Below are positions 11,863-23,548 of a stretch of 64,000 bases of DNA, one piece after another (position 1 is the stretch's first letter; the number at the start of each line of letters is the position of its first letter). The notes under the pieces were generated by a model. It was given only the letters and a program-made list of their open reading frames with translations. It had not been told where the DNA came from and ran no database searches. Position numbers and translations under genes: made by a program. This DNA is from Eledone cirrhosa (Eukaryota), in NCBI GenBank assembly GCA_964016885.1, contig OZ024757.1, forward strand, positions 18,166,001 through 18,230,000, read 5' to 3'.

Positions 11863-11942
11863 AACTATATATATATATATATGTATATATATTCAAATAT
11901 ATTTATATACATATATATATATACATGTATATACACGTTATA

Positions 11943-11998
<56 letters not shown>

Positions 11999-12071
11999 TA
12001 TATATATATTTCTACATGCATATATATATACACACTCACACACACACACATATATATCTATATCTATCTAT

Positions 12072-12192
12072 ATATGAAAAGCTTCAGGACCCTTAGGTCC
12101 TGAAGCTTTTCATATTACCCACTCTACTACCCCAAGTATCGAGTACTCTGATAGGTGATGGTCCACCTCGTATTTTACCACACCCTTTCTGA
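12072..12192 (+). mobile_element. family-C-related element with a short terminal palindrome
   Basis: atatgaaaagcttcaggacc-ctta-ggtcctgaagcttttcatat followed by the ttacccactctactacc tail. Confidence 0.72.
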
Positions 12193-12193
12193 T

Positions 12194-12224
<31 letters not shown>

Positions 12225-12552
12225 CATATATATATACATACACACACACACATATGTAGATATAGATATATATATACATATACATATTGATTCATATACA
12301 TGCGCATTACAATCACACATACAAGAGTATGTGTGTGTATCTACGTGCGTGTGCGTGTGTTTATGAAAAGGTATTCTCCACGACAATAAAACTGTCTATC
12401 GCCTCAGGTATCAGTAATCAACCAATACAACATACACCTGCATTACTCTAATTAACAACACATATTGTCAAATTTATATGATATTACATTAAAATTTAAT
12501 TTATTTTATATCAATTTTAAATTTATTCTCAAAGTAACACCTGGCCATAATA

Positions 12553-12977
12553 CTTTCTCATTTAGACACAAGACCAACAATGTTTGAGGGTAATGTCAAT
12601 TAAATAGGCCTCAGTACAACACTGGTATTTTATTATTTCGACCGCGTAATGAAGAAAGGTAAAATTAACCTTGGCTGGATTTGAAAATCAAAACGTAACT
12701 GGTCATATCTATATGGCACAAAGTAGGGTGTCCGACCCTCTACCAATTACTACCTATCCATCGCACTCTGGTGTCTGATTTAGGCAGAAGTCCAACAATT
12801 AAGGGAAACTTTATTAAATCGACCTCAGTGCATCACTGGTATTTAATCTTATCGAACACTTTGAGGATGAAGGGCAAATCTAACTCGGCAGCATTTGAAC
12901 TCAGAACGTAAAGGGGTGTAACTCTATGCCACAAATCATGTTCTCCGACGCTTTACCGATTGCTGCCAATCTTCCGC
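12553..12977 (-). mobile_element. two old, diverged SINE copies in tandem
   Basis: About 12553-12764 and 12775-12977 align loosely to the SINE consensus. Confidence 0.75.
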
Positions 12978-13967
12978 TGCAACACCTGATAGTAGTGTTA
13001 CTTCAATTCAAGACCATACCACTAACTCTGTTTTCTCAATCTGTATTTATTAATCGATCGAATTGATTGACTGACAAACAAGGGTTAGTGTGTCGCACAA
13101 AATACTTCGTGGCAGTAGCTCCCACCTTTACCTTCTCAGTTCACGTGGCTACGAATTCCATCATAAACTTTCCTGCTTCCAGGATCGATAAATATAAAGT
13201 AGATGTCGATCAGCTTTACCTTACCCCTAAATTGCTTGGTTGTGTCTAAATTAAAAACCATTTATTTATCGCAGTAGTTGACACGAAGTAATACTCATGG
13301 CTGGAGGGGTTTTGTACGAAATAATGACCAGCATTGTATTGAGTCTAACTCGTTTAGAATAGGTACACTGTATTTCTGTACGACGTTTGAGGCATCTGAA
13401 ATGGCTGGAAATGGCTGGCAAATGGAAAACTGTCGTCTAAAAGTTTTGGCGTCAGAAAGTTAGACATGGAATCGATCTGTAAACTATGGCTACAGGCGCC
13501 CTTGTATGTAGAAAGATATTGAATAGCACCGCATGGCTCCGGGGGTGTCATAAGAGTCGACCAAAAGGATTGGAGTGAGAAAAGTCAACTAACAATAAAA
13601 CCTTTATTCAGAAAGGACACAATGATTGTCCCGAGGTCTATTATTGTGACATTATAACTCATTGTACGATGTAAGAGGCGACTAAATTGACTGGGACTAG
13701 GAAAAAGTATTTGCTCATGAAACCTTGATTCAGAAATGACGCCGTGATAGGTAGGAATGATTTTTGGGGGTTTATATGTGTCGTAAGAGGAAAGTTCGGG
13801 GCCCAGAACTGGCTTCTGGCATTGAAACATTGCTTAAAATACGACGATGATGCGCATAAAGTTTTACATTGGGTGAACATGGTTCTTTGTGATCGTGTGT
13901 ATGTGCGTCTATGATAGTGTATGTGTGGTTGTATATGTGTTGATCCTTCTATAATAATTATATATAT

Positions 13968-14161
13968 GAGAGAGAGAGAGAGAGTTAGAGAGAGTGAGAG
14001 AGAGAGTTAGAGAGAGTGAGAGAGAGAGTTAGAGAGAGTGAGAGAGAGAGAGAGCGAGAGAGAGTGAGAGAGAGCGAGAGAGAGCGAGAGAGAGAGCGAG
14101 AGAGAGCGAGAGAGAGAGCGAGAGAGAGAGCGAGAGAGAGCGAGTAAGAGAGAGAGTGTGT

Positions 14162-14199
<38 letters not shown>

Positions 14200-14500
14200 A
14201 AGAGTGAGAGAGAGAGAAAAAGAAAGAGTGAGAGAGAGAGAGAGAAAGAGAGAGTGAGTGAGAGAGAAAGAGAGAGTGAGTGAGAGAGAGAAAGAGAGAA
14301 AGAGAGAGTGAGTGAGAGAGAGAAAGAGAGAGTGGGTGAAAGAGAGAAAGAGAGAGTGAGTGAGAAAGAGAAAGAGAGTGTGAGTGAGAAAGAGAAAGAG
14401 AGTGCGAGTGAGAGAGAGAGAGAAAGAGAAAGAGAGTGTGAGTGAGAGAGAGAGAGAAAGAGAAAGAGAGTGTGAGTGAGTGAGAGAGAGAAAGAGAAAG
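13968..14500. repeat. (GA)n-rich compound microsatellite
   Basis: Direct reading. Confidence 0.95.
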
Positions 14501-14614
14501 TCCCGGGTTCAAATGGAGATAACGACAGTAAGAAAGGTACTCAATACATAAGTAGAGTGCAAACGACAAATTTAATATAAGAATGGCTTCTATAGGACTA
14601 GAACTGTTTCATTC
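14500..14614 (-). mobile_element. family-D fragment (tail plus HHR 3' half)
   Basis: Reverse complement of 41155-41260. Confidence 0.72.
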
Positions 14615-14906
14615 GTTGTTCAACATTTTTCCTGAGTTCGGTTTTCTTCGTGGCTATGGTCACTTCGGGCCGTCTATCGGTCGCTGTATTTGATTTGCAA
14701 AGCTGTCTAAACGTAATGTTATAACTACAGGGTAATATTCCCTATTGAGTGCTTAGCTGCACACCGAAACTGCATTTGTTAGCTTGGCTGCAACCAAAAG
14801 CTTCGTTGATACTGTGCTAAAATTTGTATATATATATATATACAAAAGGAACGGTCACTTTTTAAAAGGGTACGTCAATGTCAATTTATAAAACTGTTAT
14901 ATATTG

Positions 14907-14971
14907 TATTTTGTCTGATGAAGGCATACCATAATTTAACTTGGTATCCTTGAAATATATATAATGAAATA
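14907..14971 (+). ncRNA. type-I hammerhead ribozyme (family A, element 14840-15102)
   Basis: tattttgt CTGATGA aggcatacca..tggtatcctt GAAA tatata TA atgaaata. Confidence 0.85.
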
Positions 14972-15098
14972 AATATGGTTTTATAAATATAGTTTCCATT
15001 TATTAATATCGTATATCTCCTCCAAATATTTGTCGAGTGCTATATATCAGTTATAAAAATATTTGCTTGTTGTATCCAAACACTTTAAATAGAACTTT

Positions 15099-15134
<36 letters not shown>

Positions 15135-15143
<9 letters not shown>

Positions 15144-15377
15144 AGAACAAAAGATGGTTAAAGGAGTTCCATGTATTTTATTATGCGCATTTCAAAAACA
15201 AATATCATCATGAGATGACATTTGCGCTTTCGTCAGATAAAATAGGGAGACATGACATGAAGATCAAAAAACACTTGTGAATAGTGCAGTTGATATGTTG
15301 ATTTAAAACTGCACCATTCACAAGTGCCCCTCCGATATCTGCATTGCTTTATTGTACTACAATAAAACTCACCTCCT

Positions 15378-15381
<4 letters not shown>
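15135..15381. mobile_element. family-F fold-back element with collapsed right arm
   Basis: Same left end and same tail (aaaactcacctcctaca) as 19938-20212 and 40038-40476. Confidence 0.85.
15174..15244 (-). ncRNA. type-I hammerhead ribozyme (family F)
   Basis: tattttat CTGACGA aagcgcaaatgtcatc tcat gatgatatttgttttt GAAA tgcgca TA ataaaata. Confidence 0.85.
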
Positions 15382-15424
<43 letters not shown>

Positions 15425-15554
15425 GATAAATCTACCAAAATGTACGGTAGTGTCCAATCCGTATGAAGAACTCAATGTAATCCGAATATCATGAAAAGAG
15501 AAGATGTATTCAAATAAGGAACTGTTTCTTTGTTTTTATTCATTATTTTTATTA

Positions 15555-15590
<36 letters not shown>

Positions 15591-15594
<4 letters not shown>

Positions 15595-15960
15595 GTAATC
15601 TTAGTTTTTCGAATATTAAGAACAACATTCGATTTGTTTGCAATTATGCAAACAAGCCTCAACGTTATAGCCATGTCAATAGAACTGTGTATTTTTGAAA
15701 ATAGCATATATTTTCACTAGCTCTGACAGTTTGGCAGGTTAACAGTTTAGCTGTACTGATGAAGGGTGATACCCAAAAACATTAGTGTCTGCAGTTCTGT
15801 TCGCATGTCAACACAAGAGCAAGAATGAAGGGTTCAATCTACTGACATGGCTATAAAATTGAGGCTTGTTTGCAAAATTGCAAACAAATCGAATGTTGTT
15901 ATTAACATTCGAAAAACTCAGATTACATTTACTGTATTCAGCCATGTAGAGCGAAATTTT

Positions 15961-15963
<3 letters not shown>
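15591..15963. mobile_element. fold-back element (arms about 15591-15683 and 15838-15930) with a mutated HHR at 15749-15796 (+)
   Basis: ctgta CTGATGA aggg tgata ccc aAAAA ca ttag tg TC tgcag (GAAA changed to AAAA); TA flanks. Confidence 0.8.
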
Positions 15964-16023
<60 letters not shown>

Positions 16024-16265
16024 GGTTATGCACGAGTGCATTAATGTTTTCCAGGACACAGTGTTATGTACCGTGTAGGGGAAGGTCAGCTTACAACAGA
16101 GTGGTGCTCAACGAAATGCAGAAAAAAGGTGTATATTCCAGTTTAGCTATATTCCGGGGTGTGTATAAAGAATTAAAAAGAACAGAAAGATGCAGTAAAA
16201 GAGATTTATTCGGTTCTAACGTACGTTTCAATAGACATCAATTTGCCTAGAACTCGCTACATCTA

Positions 16266-16451
16266 TAATTGTTTCTACTTTAGGCACAAGGCCAGCAATT
16301 ACCCAGTGCATTACTGGTACTTTATTTTATCGACCCCGTAAGGATGAAAGGCAAAGTCAACCTCGGCGGGATTTGAACTCAGATCGTAAAGGGACGTAAC
16401 TATGCTGGAAAGCATGGCGTCCGACCCTCTACCGATACTGCCAATCCACCG
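16266..16451 (-). mobile_element. tRNA-derived SINE (young)
   Basis: Near-consensus full-length copy. Confidence 0.92.
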
Positions 16452-16749
16452 AATATTATATATTTAGTAGAGCATTCGATATCCAATGCACAATCGATCC
16501 CATATCATCAGAGATTATATATATATATATATATCGCTAGCCAACGGTTTGTTGTGCGCAGACTGTGTCTGTGTGTCTAGCTTGGTTATAAAACCATATA
16601 TTGATCGTAGTTACGGAACACTCACTCATTCCACGGCTGGCGTGGTCTTATGTATCTCTGATATTTCCGATACTCAATATATAGTAAACGACTGCCATAT
16701 CTTCCTTGGCCGTAGCTGTGTACGTGTGTCCGTCGCTCTCTATAGCAGA

Positions 16750-17514
16750 TGTGTGTGTGAGCGTGTGAGCCTCTGGTTAGGTGTGTGCGTGTGAGCGTGA
16801 GCCTCTGGTTAGGTGTGTGCGTGTGGTTGTGTGTGCATGCGTGTGGCTCTGGTGGTGTGTGTGTGTGTGTAACTGTGTGTGTGTGTGTGTGTGTGTAACT
16901 GTGTGTGTGTGTGTGTGTGTAACTGTGTGTGTGTGTGTGTGTGTAACTGTGTGTGTGTGTAACTGTGGCTCTACTTATGTATGTATATGTGTGGCTGTGT
17001 GTGTGTGTGTGCGTGCGTATGTGTTGAATGTGGGTCTAGTTGTGCGTGTATGCGTGTGACCGTGTGTGTGTGTGTGTGTGTGTGTGTGTAACTGTGGCTC
17101 TAGTTATGTATGTATATGCGTGGCTGTGTGTGTGTGTGCCTGCGTATGTGTGGAATGTGGGTCTAGTTGTGCGTGTATGCGTGTGACCGTGTGAGTGTGT
17201 GTGTGTAACTGTGGCTCTAGTTATGTATGTATATGTGTGGCTGTGTGTGTGTGTGCGCGTGCGTATGTGTTGAATGTGGGTCTAATTGTGTGTGTATGCG
17301 TGTGGCTGTGTTTGTGTGTGGCTGCGGTTGTGTGTGTGTATGTGTGTATGTGTGTAAATGTGGCTCTGGTTGTGTGAGTATGCGCGTCGATGTGTGTGTG
17401 TTAAATATGGTTCTGGTTGTGTGAGTATGCGAGTGACCGTGTTTGTGTGTGTGTGTAAATGTGTCTCAGCTTGTGTGTTTTTGTGTGTTGAAGGTGGCTC
17501 TAGTTATGTGTGTA

Positions 17515-17565
<51 letters not shown>

Positions 17566-17698
17566 GTGCACGCATGTAGATGTATATATGTGTATCCGAA
17601 TATGTGTTAGGGTGTGGCAGCGGTTGCAAGTGAGTGTGTAAATGTATGTACACACACACACAGCTGCATATTTATGTGTCTCTACACGTATCAGTAGC

Positions 17699-17781
<83 letters not shown>

Positions 17782-17915
17782 CAGCATGTGTGTGTGTAAA
17801 TGTACACACACAGCTGCATGTGTCCGTTTATGTCAGAAGCTGTGTATGTGAGTTTATGCGGTGAGTGTGTTTGTATATATTTAATTACACTCATACCCGT
17901 GTGTGTGTAAATCTA
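16750..17915. repeat. (TG)n-derived compound minisatellite
   Basis: Direct reading; recurring gtaactgtggctctagttatg units. Confidence 0.9.
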
Positions 17916-17963
17916 CACACATGTAAATGTAATTCCGCGTGTCCGATTGTGTGTCATTATCTG

Positions 17964-18343
17964 GGCGGTGGATTGGCAGTATCGGTAGAGGGGCGGACGC
18001 CATCTTTTGCAGCACAGTTACGTCCCTTTACGGACTGAGTTCAAATCCCGCCGAGGTTAACTTTGCCTTTCATCCTTACGGGGTCGATAAAATAAAGTAC
18101 CAGTAATACACTGAAATAATTGCTGGCTTTGTGCCAAAAGGTAGAAACAATTATCTGGGTGGATTGGCGGTCTCGGTAGAGGGTCGGACGCCATACTTTG
18201 ACGCATAGAGTTACGGCCCTTGTCATTCTGATTTCAAATCCCGCTGAGGTTAACTTTGCCTTTCATCCTTACGGCGCCGATAAAGTAAAGTACCAGTAAT
18301 GTACTCAGATAATTGCTGGCCTTGTGCCAAAAGTAGAAACCAT
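17964..18343 (+). mobile_element. tandem pair of SINEs sharing a triplicated target attatctg
   Basis: attatctg at 17956-17963, 18150-18157 and 18342-18349. Confidence 0.9.
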
Positions 18344-18478
18344 TATCTGCTTATACCTGCGAGAAACACCCCAGTATGACTGACACTTTTACCAGACGCA
18401 ACATGCCTTTAAATGGGACCCGTCTAACCCATGCTAGCATGGAAGATAGACGTTAATCGATGGTGACGATGATGATGA

Positions 18479-18512
<34 letters not shown>

Positions 18513-18620
18513 AACCCACCCCCACTCTCAAGCGTGAAACTAATACTAATATCGTTTGTACTGCCTCTGTTTTTTGTTCTCTGTTTATTTATTTTTTAAA
18601 AAAAAAATATATATATATAT

Positions 18621-18807
18621 AACGAAGGAAATGTTGGTAAGCAACCAGATGGACCATAACGCACCAGAGTACTCAATACTTAGGGTAGTAGAGTGGATAA
18701 TAGGAAAATGTTTAACCCCAACGGCAGAGCTCAAGCCGTTTCGACGGCTATTTCAGTCCAGAAATAGTCGTCGAAACGTCTTGAGCTCTGCCGTCGGGGT
18801 TAAACAT
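18621..18807 (-). mobile_element. family-C fold-back element
   Basis: Tail plus palindrome centred near 18755. Confidence 0.88.
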
Positions 18808-18817
18808 GTTCATGTTC

Positions 18818-18875
<58 letters not shown>

Positions 18876-18877
<2 letters not shown>

Positions 18878-19107
18878 AGTAACTATGTTTTGAAACAGTG
18901 AGCAGGTTTGAAATTAGATAATAGAATAGCTTTCACCGTATTTTTGACTAAAGAAATTTTAGCCTGATAATGGGTCTTAGAACCCTCAGATAAATGGAAA
19001 AAGATGAGTATTGACGTACATGTACGTCAATACTCATCTTTTTCCATTTATCTGAGGGTTCTAGACCCCATTATTAGGCTAAAATTTCTTTAGTCAAAAA
19101 TACGGTG

Positions 19108-19110
<3 letters not shown>
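18876..19110. mobile_element. fold-back insert in (TA)n, 180-bp loopless palindrome 18931-19110
   Basis: Centre ttgacgtaca|tgtacgtcaa at 19020/19021; extra tail on the left. Confidence 0.85.
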
Positions 19111-19149
<39 letters not shown>

Positions 19150-19452
19150 ATGTCTATGTATATATGTGTGTAAGTGTGTGTATGTGTGAGCGAGAGAGAA
19201 AGAGAGAGTGTGTGCGCGATTGTGTTTGTGTGTCCGTATACGTGTGCGGGCGTGTGTGTGTGTGTGTGTTTGAGCGCGTATGTATGTGTCTGTATGTCCG
19301 TAACTATCGTTATCAAATGTTTCTCCAAGTTTTACCAAGCCACCCATTATAACGTGTAACATCCCAGTTATAAGGTCGACCTATCTATTATACTCTACAA
19401 CCACAACTACCATTTCTCACACGCAGACACATTCATATATATATATATATAT

Positions 19453-19891
19453 AGAAGGGTTAAAATACTGGAGCGTGTTGGAGTTAAACACCCTCTTCGT
19501 ATTATAGAAATGACAGTAAAAGGTATAGCTCAATGTAGTTAAACAGAGCCGAAGAATTAAGAAAGTAAAACAAAGAAGCCTTCAATACATCAAAAGTCTT
19601 TATTATATATTTTAATTTTTTGCTTTGGACTATATTTGTAATATGGTTCTTAATGTTATACACCTCCTTAGTAATTTTTATTATATATTTTTATTATTTT
19701 TATTATATATTTTTACCCATAATCTTGCAATACTTTAGTGTATGTACACTCCATATTCTTCGGAGTTTCCGGCTTGTATCGGCCGATAATACTTCTGTTG
19801 TTTTAATTGCCCTGATGAGTCCTTAATAGGACGAAACATTGTCGGCTAATAAAGACTTTTGATGTATTGAAGGCTTCTTTGTTTTACTTTC

Positions 19892-19896
<5 letters not shown>
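19453..19896. mobile_element. HHR element with perfect 50-bp inverted arms (19556-19605 and 19847-19896)
   Basis: Direct reading; TA flanks. Confidence 0.82.
19809..19846 (+). ncRNA. type-I hammerhead ribozyme, canonical core
   Basis: gcc CTGATGA gtcct taat aggac GAAA cattg TC ggc. Confidence 0.88.
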
Positions 19897-19941
<45 letters not shown>

Positions 19942-19969
19942 ATCAAAAGATGGTTAAAAGAGTTCCAAG

Positions 19970-20040
19970 TATTTTATTAGGCGCATTTCAAAAACAAATA
20001 TCATCATGGGATGATATCTGCGTTCTCATCAGATAAAATA
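19970..20040 (-). ncRNA. type-I hammerhead ribozyme (family F, element 19938-20212)
   Basis: tattttat CTGATGA gaacgcagatatcatc..gatgatatttgttttt GAAA tgcgcc TA ataaaata. Confidence 0.8.
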
Positions 20041-20208
20041 TGGAGTCATGATATGAAGCTTAAAAAACACTTGTGAATAGTGAAGTTTTAAATCAACATA
20101 TGAAAAACAAATTAAGATTGATGTACGAGATTGGGAAAAAGTAACTGTTGAGTGCTACTTATCCGATATTTGCATTGCTTTATTGTTGCTACAATAAAAC
20201 TCACCTCC

Positions 20209-20290
<82 letters not shown>

Positions 20291-20303
20291 TATATATATA
20301 TAT

Positions 20304-20663
20304 AAAACCAAAGATTAATATGGTTCGTTGATTATTCAACGAATACAATTTTACAATAGATTAGGAGCACTCGACAGTTGATTTTCCTGGAGTATTTAAT
20401 ATTATTTACAATGTTAATAAATGAAAATTATTCTCATAACCAAAATATATATTTTATTATACATATTTCATCAGACAAAATATAAGATTTGAAATGTGAC
20501 ATACTGGAATTGAATAATCATTTCCATAGCGGTATGGCACATATCAAATCTTATATTTTGTCTGATGAAAACGCACTTAAACACCACTGTACCTTTGAAA
20601 TATGTATAGCAAAATATATATTTTGATTATGAGAATATTTTTCATTTATTAACATTTTGAATA

Positions 20664-20668
<5 letters not shown>
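20304..20668. mobile_element. family-A fold-back element; HHR 20554-20616 (+); left-arm HHR has stem II deleted
   Basis: Right arm: tattttgt CTGATGA..GAAA tatgta TA gcaaaata; left arm (-): ttttgtCTGATGAAAtatgtata. Confidence 0.82.
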
Positions 20669-20697
<29 letters not shown>

Positions 20698-20746
20698 AAA
20701 AAGTAAAAAAACAATAAAAAGGAGTACAGTTACGAAAAGTGTTTGG

Positions 20747-20775
<29 letters not shown>

Positions 20776-20779
<4 letters not shown>

Positions 20780-20969
20780 AAAATGTATGACCCCGACGGC
20801 AGAGCTCAAGCCGTTTCGACGGCTATTTCTGGACCAGAAATAGCCGTCGAAACGGCTTGAGCTCTGCCGTTGGGGTCATACATTTTCCTATTACCCACTC
20901 TACTACCCTAAGTATTGAGTACTCTGGTGCGTTATGGTCCACCTGGTTCCTTAACCTAACTCCTTCGTT
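20776..20969 (+). mobile_element. family-C fold-back element
   Basis: Palindrome centred near 20833 plus tail. Confidence 0.9.
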
Positions 20970-21108
20970 ATATATATATATATATAATAGGATATGTGTT
21001 CCTACACGCACAAAGCGCTAAGGGACACATGTATTGTCCAACTATATGCCAATGTGGTTTAATGGCAGGTTAATAAATTAACGAGCCATAACATATATAC
21101 TAAACCTG

Positions 21109-21153
<45 letters not shown>

Positions 21154-21476
21154 CAGTATCGTTGGTAGGGGTTGGAACTGCCCAAGTCCATCTCAACGGC
21201 GGATGACCATGGAGTTCTGTGTCCGTCGTTTGTATATTTACTTTTAAAATATAATTTTTCAGGTTTCCCCTTAAAAAATTGTTTTTCGTTTTGTTTTGTA
21301 TCCGTTCGTAGTGTTATCCTTTGTTTGTTGATTTCCTTAAGTTTATATATAAGGCTGACTGTAGAAAGTGTAATATCGATGGCGGTGCCCCAGCACACCT
21401 CAGCTGGAACGCAAATAAATAAATAAAATGTAATATATTATATATATGTATATATTATATTATATATACATGAAAA

Positions 21477-21666
21477 GGGCGGTGAATTGGCAGTATCGGT
21501 AGAGGTTCGGATTATGCTTTCCAGCATAGTTACGTCCCTTTACGATCTGAGTTCAATTCCCGCCGAGGTTAACTTTGCCTTTCATCCTTACGGGGTTGAT
21601 AAAATAAAGTACCAGTAATGTACTGAGATAATTGCTGGCCTTGTGCCCAAAAAGTAGAAACAATTA
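21477..21666 (+). mobile_element. tRNA-derived SINE, 16-bp TSD
   Basis: attatatatacatgaa at 21459-21474 and 21663-21678. Confidence 0.92.
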
Positions 21667-21881
21667 TATATACATGAACCTGTGGTAAACAGGCGATTCT
21701 CCAGAGTAACAAGGTCTGCTGTATAGATTTCGCTCAGCCGTCAGTCACATCAACATACGAATATATATTGAAGCGAATAGCTATGTGTATACTCTGGGAA
21801 TGTATCTTACATTGCCCATGGAGTATGCTGAAATACAACCGGTCCTGGCATTGATAAATATAATGGGTCCGTCAACTCATT

Positions 21882-21913
<32 letters not shown>

Positions 21914-21914
21914 T

Positions 21915-22176
21915 ATAGTTATGTAATAAACAACATAAGGCAATTATTCCATTTACCAGTGGTTTCTTAAAAGCAAAAAAATTTTTTGCTTTCAATCATC
22001 AGAATGAAAAAAAAAAAAAAAAATCTGATGAATGAAAGCAAAATTTTTTTGCTTTTAAGAAACCACTGGTAAATGGAATAATTGCCTCATGTTGTTTATT
22101 ACATAACTATTAAGCTCTGTTACCTACATAGAGCAATCTTTTTTCCTGGACTTTTCCGACGAAATTACTTCATTCA

Positions 22177-22180
<4 letters not shown>
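21915..22180. mobile_element. family-E-related fold-back with two HHRs joined by a poly(A) spacer
   Basis: Minus 21950-22006: catt CTGATGA ttgaaagc..gcttttaa GAAA ccactgg TA aatg; plus copy 22024-22075; A run 22007-22023. Confidence 0.86.
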
Positions 22181-22224
<44 letters not shown>

Positions 22225-22228
<4 letters not shown>

Positions 22229-22690
22229 CGAAACATAAGTCAATTGCATGAACTCATAATCCTTTATTTACTGCTATATATATTTCGATGATAGCCATTG
22301 AATGGCTATGACCTCATCAGGCAGTTAGTCAGTTCCTAGATATGCCAGCTCTGTGTTTATAGTGTTGATGGTATCAGAGTCTTGGGACATATGAGCGTGT
22401 TAGGAATAAATTGTTGTCAGCAGGAATAATCTTGATTCTCATTGGGTCAGTTTGTAGATGGTAGTAGGGTTGGTATTTGACCTCAAAGTGGCAGGTGGTG
22501 TTGTAAAGTTCAAACCGTCAGGCAAGATGACAATAGTTCCATATGACTGATTTTCACAAAAAGCATTCCAGGTCAGATATATATTCAATTAAGGTTAATA
22601 GTATGAAATAGATACTACAGGTCATTCTTAAATTGAGGAATTTATGTGGAGTGGTGCTACTGAAAATCATGGTTGGAGTAGAAAATTTAC
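22225..22690 (-). mobile_element. Penelope-like 3' end (family G) with possible GIY-YIG C-terminal remnant
   Basis: LECFL../YGTIVILPDGLNF resembles the PLE terminal E..WI..L.T..P.GLN motif, followed by an HHR and (TA)n. Confidence 0.55.
22270..22325 (-). ncRNA. type-I hammerhead ribozyme (family G)
   Basis: actgc CTGATGA ggtcatagccat tca atggctatcatc GAAA tatata TA gcagt. Confidence 0.9.
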
Positions 22691-23195
22691 AAATAAAATA
22701 TATACATATATACATATATAGGCATACGAAGTTAGTCGAAGTGAATCGACTCCGTCTCGGTAATTTTCCCACTCACTCAATGATATAATTAGATTTGTAT
22801 TATTAATAATACAAACCCATTAACCAGAGTGTAGACATTCGTGAATCAGTAAGATAAACGACGTGTGCCTTCGATAATAACATGAAAATCCCGGACCAAG
22901 ATATATTTTCTGCAATTCCGATCTGTAAATAACAGACCGACTGGAAGCGCAGTTCACAGAAATTAGGTAATGTCAGGAGACATTACGCTATTTAGCTGGA
23001 GATTGCTTCATCAGCCGTATGTAACTTGCCAGGAATGAAATGGTCCGTTTCGCTTACCCAGCCCGTATAGAGATGGTGGTGGTCATCAGCGAGTGTAGTA
23101 GTAAAACAAGACTTTTAGTGACACGTGACTTCATATCAAAGAGGAGGTAAGCCGAACCTTACAAGTTTTAGGGAACACGATTATATATATATATA

Positions 23196-23398
23196 TAGGA
23201 ACGAGTAGGACTCCGACGGCTGAGCTCAAGCCGTTTCGACGGCTAATTCTGGACAGAATTGCGTCCAGAATTAGCCGTCGAAACGGCTTGAGCTCAGCCG
23301 TCGGGGTCCTACTCGTTCCTATTACCCACTCTACTACCCTAAGTATTGAGTACTTTGGTGCGTTGTGGTCCACCTGCTTCCTTACCACATTTCCTCCG

Positions 23399-23400
<2 letters not shown>
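23196..23400 (+). mobile_element. family-C fold-back element
   Basis: Palindrome about 23196-23321 plus tail. Confidence 0.9.
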
Positions 23401-23468
<68 letters not shown>

Positions 23469-23485
23469 ATGTTACGAAAAAATTC

Positions 23486-23548
23486 AAGACCCCGACGGCT
23501 GAGCTCCAGTCGTTTCGATCTAGCTGTCGAAACGGCCGTAGCTCAGCC
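23486..23548. mobile_element. family-C fold-back remnant
   Basis: aagaccccgacggctgagctc..tttcga..gtcgaaacggc. Confidence 0.72.

Noticed and set aside
14615-14825. Possible Tc1/mariner transposase remnant on minus
   Set aside because: Only a weak, frameshifted RP..RT.ENV-like resemblance.
22980-23095. Two minus-strand CTGATGA motifs as hammerheads
   Set aside because: Could not build convincing stems I-III with a correctly placed GAAA and TH.
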